Positions 12,071 through 25,604 of a stretch of 64,000 nt of DNA are shown here, in pieces. Below the pieces are notes generated by a model. The model saw only the letters and a program-made list of their open reading frames with translations. It had not been told where the DNA came from and did no database searches. The DNA is from Mobula hypostoma. Lineage: Eukaryota. Both the position numbers and the translations under genes were made by a program. Location of the stretch: NCBI RefSeq assembly GCF_963921235.1, contig NC_086108.1, positions 23,994,001 to 24,058,000 of the forward strand, written 5' to 3'. How positions within the stretch are numbered: position 1 is the first letter of the stretch; every line of letters begins with the position of its first letter.

Positions 12071-13831
12071 TTTGGAAAATGCTAATTTTTTAAATATTGT
12101 TACATGTACTGAGCTACGGTGATAAACTCATGTTTTGAATGCCATTCAGATAGATTATGCCATACATAATGACACTGAAGCGATGAATGCCCAATTGGTG
12201 CAGTCTTTCATTGGCTCCATTATGGTTATAGGATCTAATCAGCGCATCCGCAGAAAGTGAATCTCTGTGTTTTATATAGTAACATATATGTTCTTTCGCA
12301 ATAAACCTACTATGAACTTTGAAAAGAAAACAGAATATGCTGTTGCAGTTACAGAGAAAATACGTAGTAAGTCAATGCATAAGGTGCAAGGGGCACAGTG
12401 AGGCAGGCTGGGAGATCAAGAATTCATTATTCAGCATGACAAGAGTTTCATGTCAGTGGAATAAAGCTGTTCTTGAGTCTGGCGACTCATGCTCTTGGGC
12501 TTTTGTATCTTCTACCTTACTTTGACTCATGAATATTTAGAGGAGAATTCCAAAAGCTATGGCATTAGTATCCTTCATTATAATCAGACACAGGTGTCCT
12601 TCTTTACAATAATTTAACTAAAAGTCAAATACAGTTAAGGATCAACATGGAGTCATAAAAACTCAATACTGATGTAACTTATAGTAAAAAGAAACCAAAT
12701 CTATTTGGACATTGTGGTCATCACTACTTCTAATGATCCTACTGCACACCTCAGGACTGTCCATAATGACTAATTGAATGTAGCAACCTTATCCTAATAT
12801 ATCAGACATATCAAATTGGCAAACAGCTACTGTTCCGCGAACAAGAACAACACACTTAGCGAGCCAAGCTCCAGGCACTCTGCGACAAAAATGCCTCAAA
12901 GGAATACAATTAACCTTAGGATGCTTACATTCTTTTTTGTTTTATCTTATCTTTGAAAACAGTTGTGCATATTAAATGGTGTCATCTGGTTGGACTACTG
13001 TGAGAAAGCTGAATGTGAATTGGGAATGGAACAAGCTGAAATTATCCTGTCAGTCGATGCCATAACCACTTTAATGATAGCCAGATGGTAATTATACATA
13101 GCTTCTGAGGAACCAATAAAATAGCAAAATAATGCCACTAAATGAAAACATTTTCATAACAATTGGATTTAGGAGATTGGTCCAAATATTCCATTGACAT
13201 CTCAAGGGTACCCAGCTGTTTTGCATGCCAAGCTAATGCCAGTTGTCTGCATTCCTGCGGTTCTCCATTCAACACGCAAACAGTTCCTCGAGTTAGCTAA
13301 ATATCAAAAACAGAATGGCATGTTCGTTGTGCAACTCACCTCAAATGATAACGGGTAAATTTCAGAGCACCGGTCATTCCACTCATCTAGTTGGTGGCCA
13401 AGTGCATAAACAGAACAGAATTGTTTGTCTACAAAGTGTTTTCTGGTCACTAACAAGAGAAATCTTTCAAAAACAGAAGCATAAATAACTGCTTAGTGAC
13501 AGCCGGGAAGCATTGTGTAACAGAGGATTGTGCAAAGTCTGATGCACCCCTACTTGTTAAAACTTATGAAGGATTTTATTACTTTTATTTGATTTAAATT
13601 CCTCAATTTGCCTCTCGCAATCCTTGCTGTGTTCCTCCTACCATTCACCCAATAGAATCTTCTCCCTTCCCCTCACTCTACTGCTCTTCTCACTGCCACT
13701 CCCCACCCACTTCACCCTTCTTCTCCCTACTCCCTTAAAGCTGCCTCTCTTCTCCCCATTCCTCACTCTGCTTCTTCCCACCCCCCTCCCTTTCCACTCC
13801 CCTCTCCTTCCCCATTCCTGCATCTTCCTCT

Positions 13832-15213
13832 TGTCACAATGGTGGGGGCATTGGGAGCAAGGGTGGACCCCAATGCAAGACACATCTTGTGAGGTTACTT
13901 AGATTTAGTTTATTGTTCGATACCAGGAGAGCAAGGCAGGAGCAGGAGTAGCGAACTGGACGACTCAGGACTACTACTAGGCTGGGACTAGGGGTCTGGG
14001 CTAGGACTCAGAATTGGACTCCAGAACTGGAGGAGACATGAAGAGGCTAGGGTATGGACTCCGAGCCCGAGACTGGGCAAGGACCCCAGAACCAGGCATG
14101 GACATGGCATGGGCTAGGGAGAGGAGGAACATGGAAAAACAGAGCCTTGGTCTCAGGAGAGCAGGTACATGGAACCATGGACACATAAACAGAACACAGA
14201 GTCGGGACCCCTCCTTGGGAACAGGACACTGGGCCGGGACTCATGACTCCCCCGCAGGGCAATAGCAAGACGGCCCAACTTACCCCACGGAGGTGAGGAC
14301 AAGACAAGGCAAACACCAAAGAACAACACAGTTCCTATCTAGCTCCAGCGATAGAACTAGACCGAGGTGCAGGCGAGGGCTACAGACGAAGGCTAGAGGC
14401 GAGAAGGGCAGAGAAGAGATTCAGACAGGGGGGGTAGGACAGGAATCACAGACCGCCAGAGCCAGGACTTGACTAGGTACTTGGATGCCGTCAGGGCCAG
14501 GACTTGACTTGGTACTCGAATGCTGCTAGGGACAGGACTTGACTTGGTACTCAGATGCTGCCAGGGAAAGGACTTGACTTGGTACTCGGATGCTGCCGGA
14601 GCCAGGACTTGACTTGGTACTCGGATGCTGCCAGGGCCAGGACTTGACCTGGTACTCGGATGCTGCCGGAGCCAGGACTTGGACGTGGTACTTGGATGCC
14701 ACCAGAGCCAGAACTTGGACGTGGTACTTGGATGCCGCCGCAGCCAGGACTTGGACGTGGTACTTGGATGCTGCCAGAGCCAGGTCGTGGTACTTGGAAC
14801 CTCCCAATAGTGGCGAGTTCTAAACTCGGCCCAGGAACAGTAGACAGCAGCTTCTGATTCTCTCTGGCGGGTTAACTGACGGACCCACCTTGATGAGGAA
14901 ACTTTGCAGGCTCGCTTCGGCAAGGTAACTGGACAGGGTTGCTCCGGTGAGGAAGGGCGAATTACCGGCACTCGCTTCGGCAGAGACTGGGCTTGCTACA
15001 GCCAGATGACATTGGCACACCGTACCTTTGATGACTTTGCAGATGCTCCCGCGCTGAACAGCTGAAAGCCAGAGACTATAAATTACCGGTTCAGCCGAGC
15101 GTTAATTGCCTCTAATCACCAAAGCCGAGGGATACGGGAAAACAGGGAATCAACGGTGCGGATCGTAACATAAACAAGGTAAATTTAAAGAGACCCCGAT
15201 CCAGACCATGACA
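13832..15213 (-). mobile_element. Solo LTR (1382 bp) with internal minisatellite
   Basis: Termini are TGTCA...TGACA with a perfect 5-bp TSD CCTCT (13827-13831, 15214-15218). There is a minus-strand AATAAA near 13910. Confidence 0.88.
14455..14800. repeat. 35/36-bp minisatellite, about 9.5 units
   Basis: The unit is gccaggacttgacttggtactcggatgctgcc(a/g)g(g/a). 35-bp units start at 14461, 14496, 14531, 14566, 14601 and 14636; 36-bp units start at 14671, 14707 and 14743; a partial unit starts at 14779. Confidence 0.95.
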
Positions 15214-15474
15214 CCTCTCCCTACCCCATCCTTAGTCTTGCCCTCCCTTTTCCTTTCCATTTGGGGGCTGCGGGGCTGCGGGTAGGAAGTGCAAGTACCA
15301 CTACGGGAATAACCAAGCTCCAGTTCAGCACTTCAGTACTTCCACGTGGGTAACTCCTGATAGAGACTCTGGCCCTACCATAGACCATCTCCCCTTAGCT
15401 CACCAGTCATGAAGCTGACAATATTCTTGCATTACATTTAGACTGACAACAAAAGCACTCTTCAAAATTATTTA

Positions 15475-15625
15475 CAAACAAAAAAAAACATCTGCAGATG
15501 CTGGAAACCCAAGCAACACAAACAACAGGACTGCTGAAAGGTCTTGGCTTGATACGTCAACTGTACTATTTTCCATAGGTGAGGCCTGGCCTGCTGAGTT
15601 CCTTCAGCATTTTGTGTGTGTTGCC
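15475..15625. mobile_element. Penelope-derived fold-back mini element
   Basis: The left arm atctgcagatgctggaaacccaagcaacaca and the right end tgtgtgttgc are inverted, with a degenerate hammerhead between them. Confidence 0.7.
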
Positions 15626-16389
15626 TGAAAAAATATTTTCCTAGCCAAGTCTTGAATGTCAGTCTCTGGGCTATGGGCCAGTTTTGCCAAACTTCGGGGA
15701 CTCATCTGGAACAGCCATCAGCAATGATTATTTCTAAGTGTCTTTAAGCACTGTTTAATAGTTAAAAGTATATTGTCCATGAATGAAAGGTAAATGACCA
15801 ACAATTACTCACCATACATATGCTTTCTAATGAGGTATGGTAGAGAGGAGAGCGGGGGTGTTGGTGAGAATGTATATCAAACAATGTACAACAGGTAGCC
15901 AATGGCTAGGGAGTGGAGTGAGACTTAACGGGTGATGTGAAGATTATTTTATGAAGAAATAAAAACAGAGTTGGGAACCGTGAGTAAAACTGGGTATTAA
16001 GAAATCCCCCCAAGATTGATTTAAACCTCTTATCTTTTCATGTCCAGACATCTTCAGCCAGAAAAACTAAATGGATCATCTAGCTTGACCTCTTTCTGAA
16101 GTCCCCACTGCAGAAGCGAGTCATTCTTCAGACAATCTGATGCAATTCAATTTGTATTGTGATGTAACTAAATACACTAGATGTCACAAAGTCAATTGAC
16201 TGCACTATGGTTGGACTGAAGACATGTCCAACACTTCCTGCTGCTCTGACAAGCTTTGTAATAATACTGGCATCAACCTGACAAAGAGAAAAATATAGGC
16301 ATGACTTCTTCAAAAAAAAAATCAGAAGAAATCCTATTAAAGCAACTATCACCTCATCATTTTAGTTCTAATCTTACTCTTTCTTCATG

Positions 16390-16750
16390 GCTTCTGTTAG
16401 GATTGAGATGATGCGCTTTCATTACAGTTCCTTGCATCTGAGGTGGCTGGTGAAGTCTTTCTGTAATCTGCAGATTCTGCCACAGGTGGGGCAGTAGATT
16501 TCTGATCTGGCAAGCCATATGGGAGATGATGCTGTACTTCCATCTGCTTTGCTGGGATCCACACAGCCTTAAAGAAGAACTTCAATGTCATTCCAGATAC
16601 TCCTCTTCTTTGGTTGGTCATAAGCCAATGAGTATTTCACATTGTTTCATAGAGGCTTTGACAAAATCCTTAGATCTTTGAATAGTTTCCTCTTCTATGT
16701 AGATTATCTCTTCCTGTGAATTAGCTGCTTCACGAGTCTGTTTTTGGACA
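16390..16750 (-). mobile_element. Old RTE-like LINE 3' remnant
   Basis: A minus-strand frame gives a C-terminal CPTCGRIC...FTSHLRC zinc-finger-like motif, typical of RTE ORF ends. Confidence 0.45.
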
Positions 16751-16819
16751 TGTGAATAGTGTATGTATCATAACATGACTCAGTACATTAAACTACCAGA
16801 ACTTCTTATCCTTCAAACT

Positions 16820-18900
16820 CCTTCTTGGTCCTTAATCAATTCCTTGCTCGTTGTTGTTGTTGCGACACCTCTCAACCAGCTGATCTATCTCACTCTTGTA
16901 CGCCTCCTCATCCCCATCTGAAATTCTGCCAACACTTGTTTTGTCATTGGCAGATTTATAATGGTGTTTGAGCTGTGCTTAGTTGCACGGTCACGGGTGT
17001 GGAGAGCAGAGCAGTGGGCTGAACATCCATCCTTGAGATGCACTGGTGCTGGTTATTCCCGATCCACAACAACTGTGCTCTCTGATGAGGAAGTTAAGGA
17101 TCCAGTGGCAGAAGGAAGTGCAGAGGCCTAGGTTTTGGAGCTTGTTGATTAGAACTGAGGGTATGATAGTGTTGAACATTGAACTGTAATCAATAAACAG
17201 TAGAATGACGTAGATATTGCTATTGTCCAGGTGATTCAAGGCTGAGCGGAGAGCCAGTGAGACTGCATCCATTGTGGCAATTAGCAAAATGCAGCAGGTT
17301 CAGGTCCTTGCTTAGGCAGGAGTTGATTCTGTCCTTGACCAACTGCTCAAAGCACATGATCACCGTAGATGTGAGTGCAACTGGGTGATGGTCATTGAGG
17401 CACTGGTATGATTGTCACCCTTTTGAAGCAGGTGGGAACATCTGACTGCAGCTATGGGAGATTGAAGATGTCCTTAAACACTCCTGCCAGATGGAAGGCA
17501 CAGATTTTCAGGGCCCTAACAGGTACACCATCAAGGCCTGATGCATTGCGACGGCTCCCCCTCTTGAAAGATCTTCTGATGTTTGCTTTTGAGACAAAGA
17601 TCACAGTGTCACCAGATGCTGCAGGTTCAGTTTTACCCTCCTTTTCAAAGTGTGCATAAAAGGTGCTGAGGTGGGAGTGAAGCAACACAGCCATTCATGA
17701 TGTTAGGTTTCACTTTGTAGGAAATAATGCCCTGTAAACCCTGCCAGTGCATCCGATTCCATCTCTAACTTCAACTGAAATTGTTTTTTTCACTCTTAAA
17801 ACAGCCTTCCGTAGATCATACCTGGAATTCTTGTATAGTTCTGGATTACAGGTCTTGAATGCCACAGATCTAACCCTCAGCAGATTACAAATCTTGTGGT
17901 TCATCCACCATTTTTGGTTTGGGTTTGTATGCTATGCTGTCAAAGGCACACACTTATCCACACAAGTTTTGATGAAGCTGCTGACAATTGTAGTGTATAC
18001 ATTCAGACTCAAAGATGAATTCCTGAAACTTGTCCACCGTCCCAAAGTAGTCTGGTAAATGCTCCTCCACCTCCCTTGGCCATACCTTCTTGGTCCTCAC
18101 CACTGGTGCTGCAGTCTTTAGTCTTTGCCTGTATTCCAGGAGTAGAAGTACAGCCAGGTGATGGGACTTGCCAAGGTGCTGAAATAGCTGTCACTGTAAG
18201 CAGTCTTGATAATGGTATAACAGTGGTCAATTGTGTTGGCTCCTCTGGTTCCACTGGTAATACATTGGTGGAAGTTGTTCAGAGACTTCTTCAAGCGGGT
18301 CTGGTTGAAATCCTCCACAGTGATAGGGAAAGCAGCAGAGTGTGCTGTTTTGTGACTGATGATTATAGTGCTCAGCTCCTCCAGTACTTGCCTGTTGCTG
18401 GCCAGAAGTGGAATGTACACTGCTATCAGGATGATGTCGAAGACTCTCCCAGCACAAAATGAATGACACTTGACCGCTACGTGTTCCAGGTTGGGTGAGC
18501 AGGATTGAGACAGAACAACCATGTCTGTGCACAATGATCAGTTAATCATAAAGCATACTCCACCTCCTCAAACTTTAAAAGACTCAGATGTCTTGTCTTT
18601 GTGGTAAATGGTGAAACTCTCAAGCTGCAACGTTGCATCCGAAAAAGGTGTGAGCCACTTTTTCATGAAGCAAACTAAACAGCAGTATCTGATGTCCCTT
18701 TGGTACTGGAAAATTGCTCTGAAGTTTTCAGTTTTATTTTCCAGATACTGTACAGTCACTAGCAGGATAGTTGGAGCGGGTGTCTAAGGCCTCTGCATGT
18801 CAAACATACTTGTATCCCAGCATGCCTTCCACACTTCTGTTTTCTTAAAGGGGAACTGCACTCGTGATCTATGTCTGTGTAGTCTGCTGATTTTAAGGAT
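16820..18900 (-). mobile_element. Rex1/Babar-type LINE, decayed (endonuclease plus RT)
   Basis: Motifs include YQRDIRYCCLVCF, IAVYIP, TRGANTIDHCYT, ASGLDGVP and [15 protein letters not shown], spread over broken frames. Confidence 0.85.
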
Positions 18901-19044
18901 AGATACATTTTTTACATGTCTTAAAACAATATTGTTTACTGCAGTATCCATGGCTCTGATCGTGGATTTCAGCCGTAGTTGTCCTTAACAGGAATATTTG
19001 ATGATTCCCATCAGAGCTTCACTCAAAGAGTCGCCACTTATCAG

Positions 19045-19500
19045 TGCCATCCTGGATAGGTCTTTTATGTTGCATCTTATTGAATGCCTCCGAAAATTCA
19101 ATAATGCAACATCCACATGTCCCCCTCAATCCACAGCACTCGTTATATCCTCAGAGAATTCCAGAAAGTTTGCCAAACAGGATCTGGCCTTCACAAATAC
19201 ATGCTGAGCCTCCCTGAGAGAACTACTTCTACCCTGATGTCTTACTAGTTATTTCTTATTGATAGCTTCAAGCATTTTGCTGACAACAGATGTTAAGTTA
19301 ACTGGCCTATGGTTACACATCTTTTGCCTACATCCTTTTTTAAACAGTGGTTTGACATTCACTGCCTTCCACTCTGCTGGGACCTGCCCAGAGTCCAGAG
19401 AATTTTGGTAAGTTATCACAAATGTGTTTACTACTTTCATTTACTTGAGCACATAGGAATACATCCGATTAGTACTGGGGGACTTATCTACCTTCAGGTA
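19045..19500 (-). mobile_element. CR1 LINE RT fragment
   Basis: Translates to QNSLDSGQVPAEWKAVNVKPLFKKG...HRPVNLTSVVSKMLE. Confidence 0.85.
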
Positions 19501-19744
19501 TCTGTGGAAGTAAAGGGATAGTTGATGGTTTGGATCAAGAGTCTGCATCAAGACAGAAATGGCCACTGCAAAAAAGGTGAGGGGTAGGGCTGAGAAAGGA
19601 GCTGGCATGCGAAAGGTGGATCTAGCAGAGGAGAGCTTAATGGATTAGATGAGCCAGGTGGGGAAGGGGTTGGGACAGTGACAGTGGCTGTGGGGAGACA
19701 GATGGAGACAAGAAAAGGCTGCATATTATGGAATCTGATGAGTG

Positions 19745-20642
19745 TAATTGAGAATGTGACTAAACATATTGATGAAGGTAGAGCAGCAGATGCAGTGTAT
19801 ATGGATTTCAGCAAGGCATTTGATGGTACCACATGCAAGGCTTATTGAGAAAGTAAGAAGCCATGGGATCCAAGGGGACATTGCTTTGTGGATCCAGAAC
19901 TGACTTGCCCACAGAAGGCAAAGAGTGGTTGTAGACAGGTCATTTTCTGTATGGAGGTCGGTGACCAGTGGTGTGCCTCAGGGATCTGTTCTGGGACCCC
20001 TACTCTTCATGATTTTTATAAATGACCTGGATGAGGAAGTGGTGGGATGCGTTAGTAAGTTTGCTGATGACACAAGGATTAGAGGTGTTGTGGATAGTGT
20101 GGAGGGCTGTCAGAGGTTACAGTGGGACATTGATAGGATGCAAAACTGGGCTGAGAAGTGGCAGACTGGAGTTCAACCCAGATAAGTGTGAAGTAGTTCA
20201 TTTTGGTAGGTCAAATATGATGGCAGAATATAGTATTAATGGTAAGACTCTTGGCAGTGTGGAGGATCAGAGGGATCTTGGGGTCTGAGTCCATAGGACG
20301 CTCAAAGCAATTGCACAGGTTGGCTCTGTGGTTAAGGAGGCATATGGTGTGTTGGCCTTCATCAATCATAGAATTGAATTTAGGAGTCGAGAGGTAATGT
20401 TGCAGCTATATAGGACCTTGGTCAGACCCCACTTGGAGTACTGTGCTCAGTTCTGGTCGCCTCACTACAGGAAGGATGTGGAACCCATAGAAAGGGTGCA
20501 GAGGAGATTTACAAGGATGCTGCCTGGATTGGGGAGCATGCCTTATGAAATCAGATTGAGTGAACTCGGCCTTTTCTCCTTGGATCGAGAGAGGATGAGA
20601 GGTGACCTGATAGAGGTATATAAGATGACGAGAGGCATTGAT
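19745..20642 (+). mobile_element. CR1 LINE RT fragment, truncated at both ends
   Basis: Motifs include SGVPQGSVLGPLLF, KFADDT, LVRPHLEYCAQFWSP and RGDLIEVYK. Confidence 0.92.
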
Positions 20643-21538
20643 GTCCCCACCAGTCATGTATCATCTTGGGTGCAAAAATTGACTCAGAGCATAACTAGAA
20701 CAGCCACTGTGGCAGGTGAGTACTTGAGTCCTCTATGGTAAAGGACTGGATTTTCACTTATTGTGCCCACGGAGCAGATCTAGATAAAAGATTATAGTCA
20801 GCTCCTCCAGGAGAGGAAAATATTATGCTAATTAAAATACATGATCAGCAACATTTCCTCATGCTATTCCAGAATGAAAATGCTTACTGGTGCTTTCCTT
20901 TATTGAGATGAATCAAAAACAAACTTATTAATAATTGCATGCAAAAAAATAAGTTTCCTTATTATTCTATTTTAAACAGTTCTTAAATTTCAGATATGAA
21001 ATGTGAGCGAGTTGCATAACTAAGTTGAATGAACTTTTATATCCACTTATCTTTCCATCAAATCCTCATATCTTCTGCTTTGCCTGGTGAACCACAGCCT
21101 TTCACTCTCAGCCTTCAATATACTCAATAACTGAGCATCCACCACCCTCTCTGACCAAATGAATGGTCTTAAAAATCTGACTGTATCCTGTGAGTCTGAT
21201 CTTTGTTCCTAGAGTCTTAAGCAGAACATTCACTAATTTAAATGAACAGGTGCCAATTTTTTTCAAGGTAGGCTGTGCATATGGATTATAATGCAGGCAT
21301 CGGAGTGTTCCAGCAGTTGAACTGAGAAACATCAGTCAAAGTGCATTTTGTTCTTTCAAGATTCAAGATTTAAGACAGTTTAATATAATTTCCTGTACAC
21401 AAGTATAAAGAGAATGAAATAATTGCTACTCTGGATCTGATGCAGCACAAAAAACAAAAAAAGATAAAGAACACAATAATAATAATAATAATAAATGCAC
21501 GATAAATATGAATACATAAAGATAGCTAATACAGAGTA

Positions 21539-21743
21539 ACAAACACAAAATGCTGGAGGAACTCAGCAGGTCAGGTGGCATCTATGGAAAAAAGTATAGT
21601 CGATGTTTCGGGCCAAAACCCTTCAGCAGTCCTGAAACATTGACTGTACTTTTTTTCCATAGATGCTGCCTGGCCTGCTGAGCTCCTCCAGCATTTTGTG
21701 TTTGTTGCTCAGATTCCAGCATCTGTAAACTTTCTCTTGTTTG
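21539..21743. mobile_element. Penelope-derived fold-back mini element
   Basis: It has ~70-bp inverted arms and an imperfect TSD taatacagagta (21527-21538) / taatatacagta (21744-21755). A minus-strand hammerhead-like motif reads ctgctga-agggttttggccc-gaaacatc. Confidence 0.85.
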
Positions 21744-21984
21744 TAATATACAGTACTCTATGTCCATAAGGTGATGCTAGGCCATAGATAGGATGACTGA
21801 AGGGAAATAATTAAGTAGGGGTGGAGATAGTGGATGGAGGTGTTGATCAGCCTTACCGCTTGGAGAAAGTAACTGTTTTTAGCATGGTGCTTCTAGCATG
21901 GATGCTACATAGCCTCCTCCCTAATGGGAGTGAGAAAAACAGTCCAAGACAGGTGTTCCCTTCAAGTTGAAAACCATCTCATTT

Positions 21985-22535
21985 GTCTTTTTCTTTCTTT
22001 TTCCAATATTTTAATTAAATTTATTAAATTTCATATACATAAATACAGAATTCACAAGGATACTTATTATAAATCAAAATAAGGTAGCACATAATGCACT
22101 ATATATAAATCACTCTGATACAATCACGGTATCCCATATTCGTGATTAATCAAATAAAATAAATCGAATTATGAAATACAATAATATGGTTAATTATAGT
22201 ATTTAAAAAATCTACACCCACTACCAAGACAAAGCTGGTTGATTAAAAAAAAACAAAAAAAGAGTACTTTACCATATAGTGTTTTATAATAATAGCCCAG
22301 ATCTATATTTTAATAATTATAACAATTCAAAGATTTTCAAAATAGTTCAGAAAGGTTCCCCATAACATTTGAAAATCTTGATTAGAATCATAAATCGAAC
22401 AACGAATCTTCTCTAAATTTAAACATGACATAACATCGCATAACCATGAGCATGTGTAGGGGGGCAACCTCCTTCCATTTAAGCAAGATCGCCCTCCCAG
22501 CCATAAGAGAAATAAAAGCCAGTACCCGCTAATAA
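21985..22535 (-). mobile_element. L1-clade LINE 3' end
   Basis: The minus strand encodes PPTHA...DVMSCLNLEKIR-like ORF2 end residues, followed by an AT-rich UTR. A similar UTR lies at about 61115-61490. Confidence 0.55.
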
Positions 22536-22544
22536 GGAGGCTCC

Positions 22545-22830
22545 ATCATTTGTCTTTCTGACATTAAGGAAGTGGTTATTTGCCTGGCTCTGGGCCTCAA
22601 GCTTTTCCACCTCCTCTTTGCAGGTCATCTCATCGTCGTTGGCGATGAGCCCCACCATTGTCATGTCATCAGCAAACCTGGTGATGTGATGCTTGATTAT
22701 GCAGTCATGAGTGAGCAGAGTGTACAACAATGGGCTCAGTTCCAGCTCTGGGGGACACCCATGTTGAGGGTGATGGGGAGGGAGGAGCGGTTGGTTGTGC
22801 ATCTTGTCTGAGGTCTGTTTGTCAGCAAGT
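22545..22830 (-). mobile_element. Rex1/Babar-like RT fragment
   Basis: Translates to LSPLLYTLLTHDC...FADDMTMVGLI. Confidence 0.75.
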
Positions 22831-23060
22831 CCAACACCCATTTGCAAAGCATATTTAATTTTCTCTTTATTGCAAAGCCAGAAGAATGTCATACACAAGG
22901 AAAGCAGGAAGAGAAAGTAAGAGATTTAATGATAATAATGCAGATGTACTTCAGTAGAAGAATCAATGACTACTTTTAGTGTATGAATTTCAACTGAAGA
23001 GTTCACAAGTTCTGTGTGAGAAAGTGCTTCACAGTAAAGAAACATCATTCTCCCTCACAA

Positions 23061-23654
23061 TAGAAACATAGAAACATAGAAAATAGGTGCAGGAGTAGGC
23101 CATTCGGCCCTTCGAGCCTGCAACACCATTCAGTATGATCATGGCTGATCATCCAACTCAGAACCCTGTATCAGCCTTCCCTCCATACCCCCTGATCCCT
23201 TTAGCCACAAGGGCCATATCTAACTCCCTCTTAAATATAGCCAATGATCTGGCCTCAACTGTTTCCTGTGGCAGAGAATTCCACAGATTCACCACTCTCT
23301 GTGTGAAGAAGTTTTTCCTCATCTCGGTCCTAAAAGGCTTCTCCTTTATCCTCAAACTGCAACCCCTCGTTCTGGACTTCCCCAACATCGGGAACAATCT
23401 TCCTGCATCTAGCCTGTCTAATCCCTTTAGGATTTTATATGTTTCAATAAGATCCCCCCTCAACCTTCTAAATTCCAGAGAGTATAAGACTAGCTGATCT
23501 AGTCTTTCATCATATGAAAGTCCTGCTATCCCAGGAATCAATCTGGTGAACCTTCTTTGTACTCCCTCTATGGCAAGAATGTCTTTCCTCAGAGTAGGGG
23601 ACCAAAACTGCACACAATACTCCAGGTGTGGTCTCACCAAGGCCTTGTACAACT
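23061..23654 (-). mobile_element. Young CR1 LINE 3' end (same family as 53483-55136 and 62231-63416)
   Basis: An open 164-aa frame YKALVRPHLEYC...GIRGYG followed by a (ttctatgt)n tail. Confidence 0.95.
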
Positions 23655-25362
23655 TATATATGCATCAATTTATGTAATAGTTTATATAGCTTTTTGCAAG
23701 ATGCCTACAGATTATGAAAGTGCTTTATTGTATATGTTCTAATGATGGAAACAATGTATGTTGGATTAAGTTGCACCAATTTTTCAATTTTAAGTGAGGT
23801 CAGACAATACACTTCCTCCTAGTAGCCAGCTAAGTATACCTCACATCTTCAGCTGCCTTCTTTTTGTTAATTCCAATGCTCTTTTTCCACTTTTACATTC
23901 TAGTTCATGTTCCAATAAAAATGCTCGTAAAAATAAATCATAAATCCTGATGCTTTATGGAATGATGTGATAATGAAACAACCTCTTCATGTGGTTTGCC
24001 TTAATGTGTCATTATTATGCTGTTTGACAGCTCATTAAGTCTTCTCCTGAAGCCCCAGGCCTAAATAAAACTAAACCAAAAAAAGGGAGTTGTTAAAATT
24101 ATTACCTCAGAATCTAAGAAAGGTTATGGACATAATTATGAATGTAAATCGTTGGTTTTAATTGGGAAAAAGAGTATTTTTCATTTATGCAGATGAAACA
24201 ACACTTCTCTGGCATTCTGCAAAATGAACTCTAATCTTAAATCTTTAATCCTTAATCTTTGTTTCAACGACCTGCTTAAAACAAAGATATCTCACTTCAG
24301 TAAAATACACACTTGGCATTTTTTTCATGAATAGCATATAGTCACTCTGTCATAGACCAGGAGGTATCAGGTTTGATCAGATTCAATCCAATATTTTCAG
24401 TCTGGGTTTAAAACAAATTGATCACAATCCAGCCACATCTATTGAATTGGTGAACATGGGCAATTATGAGTAGCTGCATGGGTGAATGTTGGCATGGATG
24501 CATGTATATCCCTGTGTGTGGACTTACATGTGCTCAATAAGGCATTGGCATTGAACAGGACTTAAGTCATAATGTTACTACGACTTAACTCTCCTCAAGG
24601 AGGGAACAAGCTATCTGAAAATTAGATGCCATTTACTGTGGAAACCCAATAAAGACAGGAGATTCTCCTATTGGTGGTGTTACTTTATCAGAATGTCCAC
24701 TTTGTACAATTGCCCTCTTGCTATTATAAGTAAGATTAAGGCTAAAACTACTGCTGTAAATGCAATTCAGAATACACTTTGAATGGAAGGACATTGACAT
24801 GAGTGCATTGACAGATATATTTTCAATTAAGAGAAAGGTTGCTTTACCACGGTCACTTTATTTTAGTTGCTAATCATGTAGGTGAATTAACGAGCCATGA
24901 GTAGAGGCAAGATTTACAGTTACTTAATGTCTACAGTGAGCTCAAGGGTGCAGTAAATAATAGAGGTTCTTGTTTCAGTTCTTCAGTGTTTTTTCTGCTA
25001 TTGTCCTGCTACTTTTAGATGGTTAACAGCACAGACTTGGAAGGGAAGGGATTCTTCTCTACATTCCTGCTCAGTTTCAGGTGATATTACAGTGAATTCG
25101 GGCGGTGTGGTTCACAAATATCCAACCAAACAGAATTTCCTCCATTTGTCCTTCTCCCCTGCCATTAATGAACATTGCCTCTTATATCTCCTTTTGTTAT
25201 CTCATTTTACCAGCTGGAATATGGTGGAGTTGAAATTCCCAGGCGATTTTCACCCCAATTAATACTGCTTGTTGAGATTTGACTGGAAAATTATGACAAG
25301 TCCTATGAAGCTGTGATCTAAACTTGATAGTTATTTTAACACACTATGTGAATAGGAATTTG

Positions 25363-25522
25363 ACAACACACACAAAATGCTGGAAGAACTCAGCAGGCCA
25401 GGCAGCATCAATAGAAAAAAAAGTACTGTACTTTTTCCATAAATGCAACCTGGCCTGCTGAGTTCCTTCAGCATTTTGTGTGTGTTGCTTGGATTTCCAG
25501 CATCTGCAGAATTTCTTTTGTT
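25363..25522. mobile_element. Penelope-derived hairpin mini element
   Basis: It has ~60-bp inverted arms (25364-25425 / 25428-25487) with almost no loop and a TSD taggaa(t/c)ttg at 25353-25362 and 25523-25532. Confidence 0.88.
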
Positions 25523-25604
25523 TAGGAACTTGGCTAGCTTTGTTGGGTCAAATGTCCTGCACTTGTCAAAAACTTCCTAATGTTCTAATAAAGACCTTCT
25601 TGCA

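Noticed and set aside
14455..14800. CRISPR-like array of 35/36-bp repeats
   Set aside because: The units are head-to-tail with no unique spacers, there are no cas genes, and the context is a vertebrate LTR.
14393..14971. Repetitive ORFs (192 aa and overlapping frames)
   Set aside because: They are by-products of the minisatellite, with no recognisable domain.
16128..16352. Hydrophobic 74-aa ORF as a possible extra exon
   Set aside because: It has no astrotactin similarity, the flanking exons already join contiguously, and it lies next to an RTE remnant.
24300..24750. Possible ancient SINE or conserved non-coding element
   Set aside because: The resemblance is too weak to support without an HMM or alignment.
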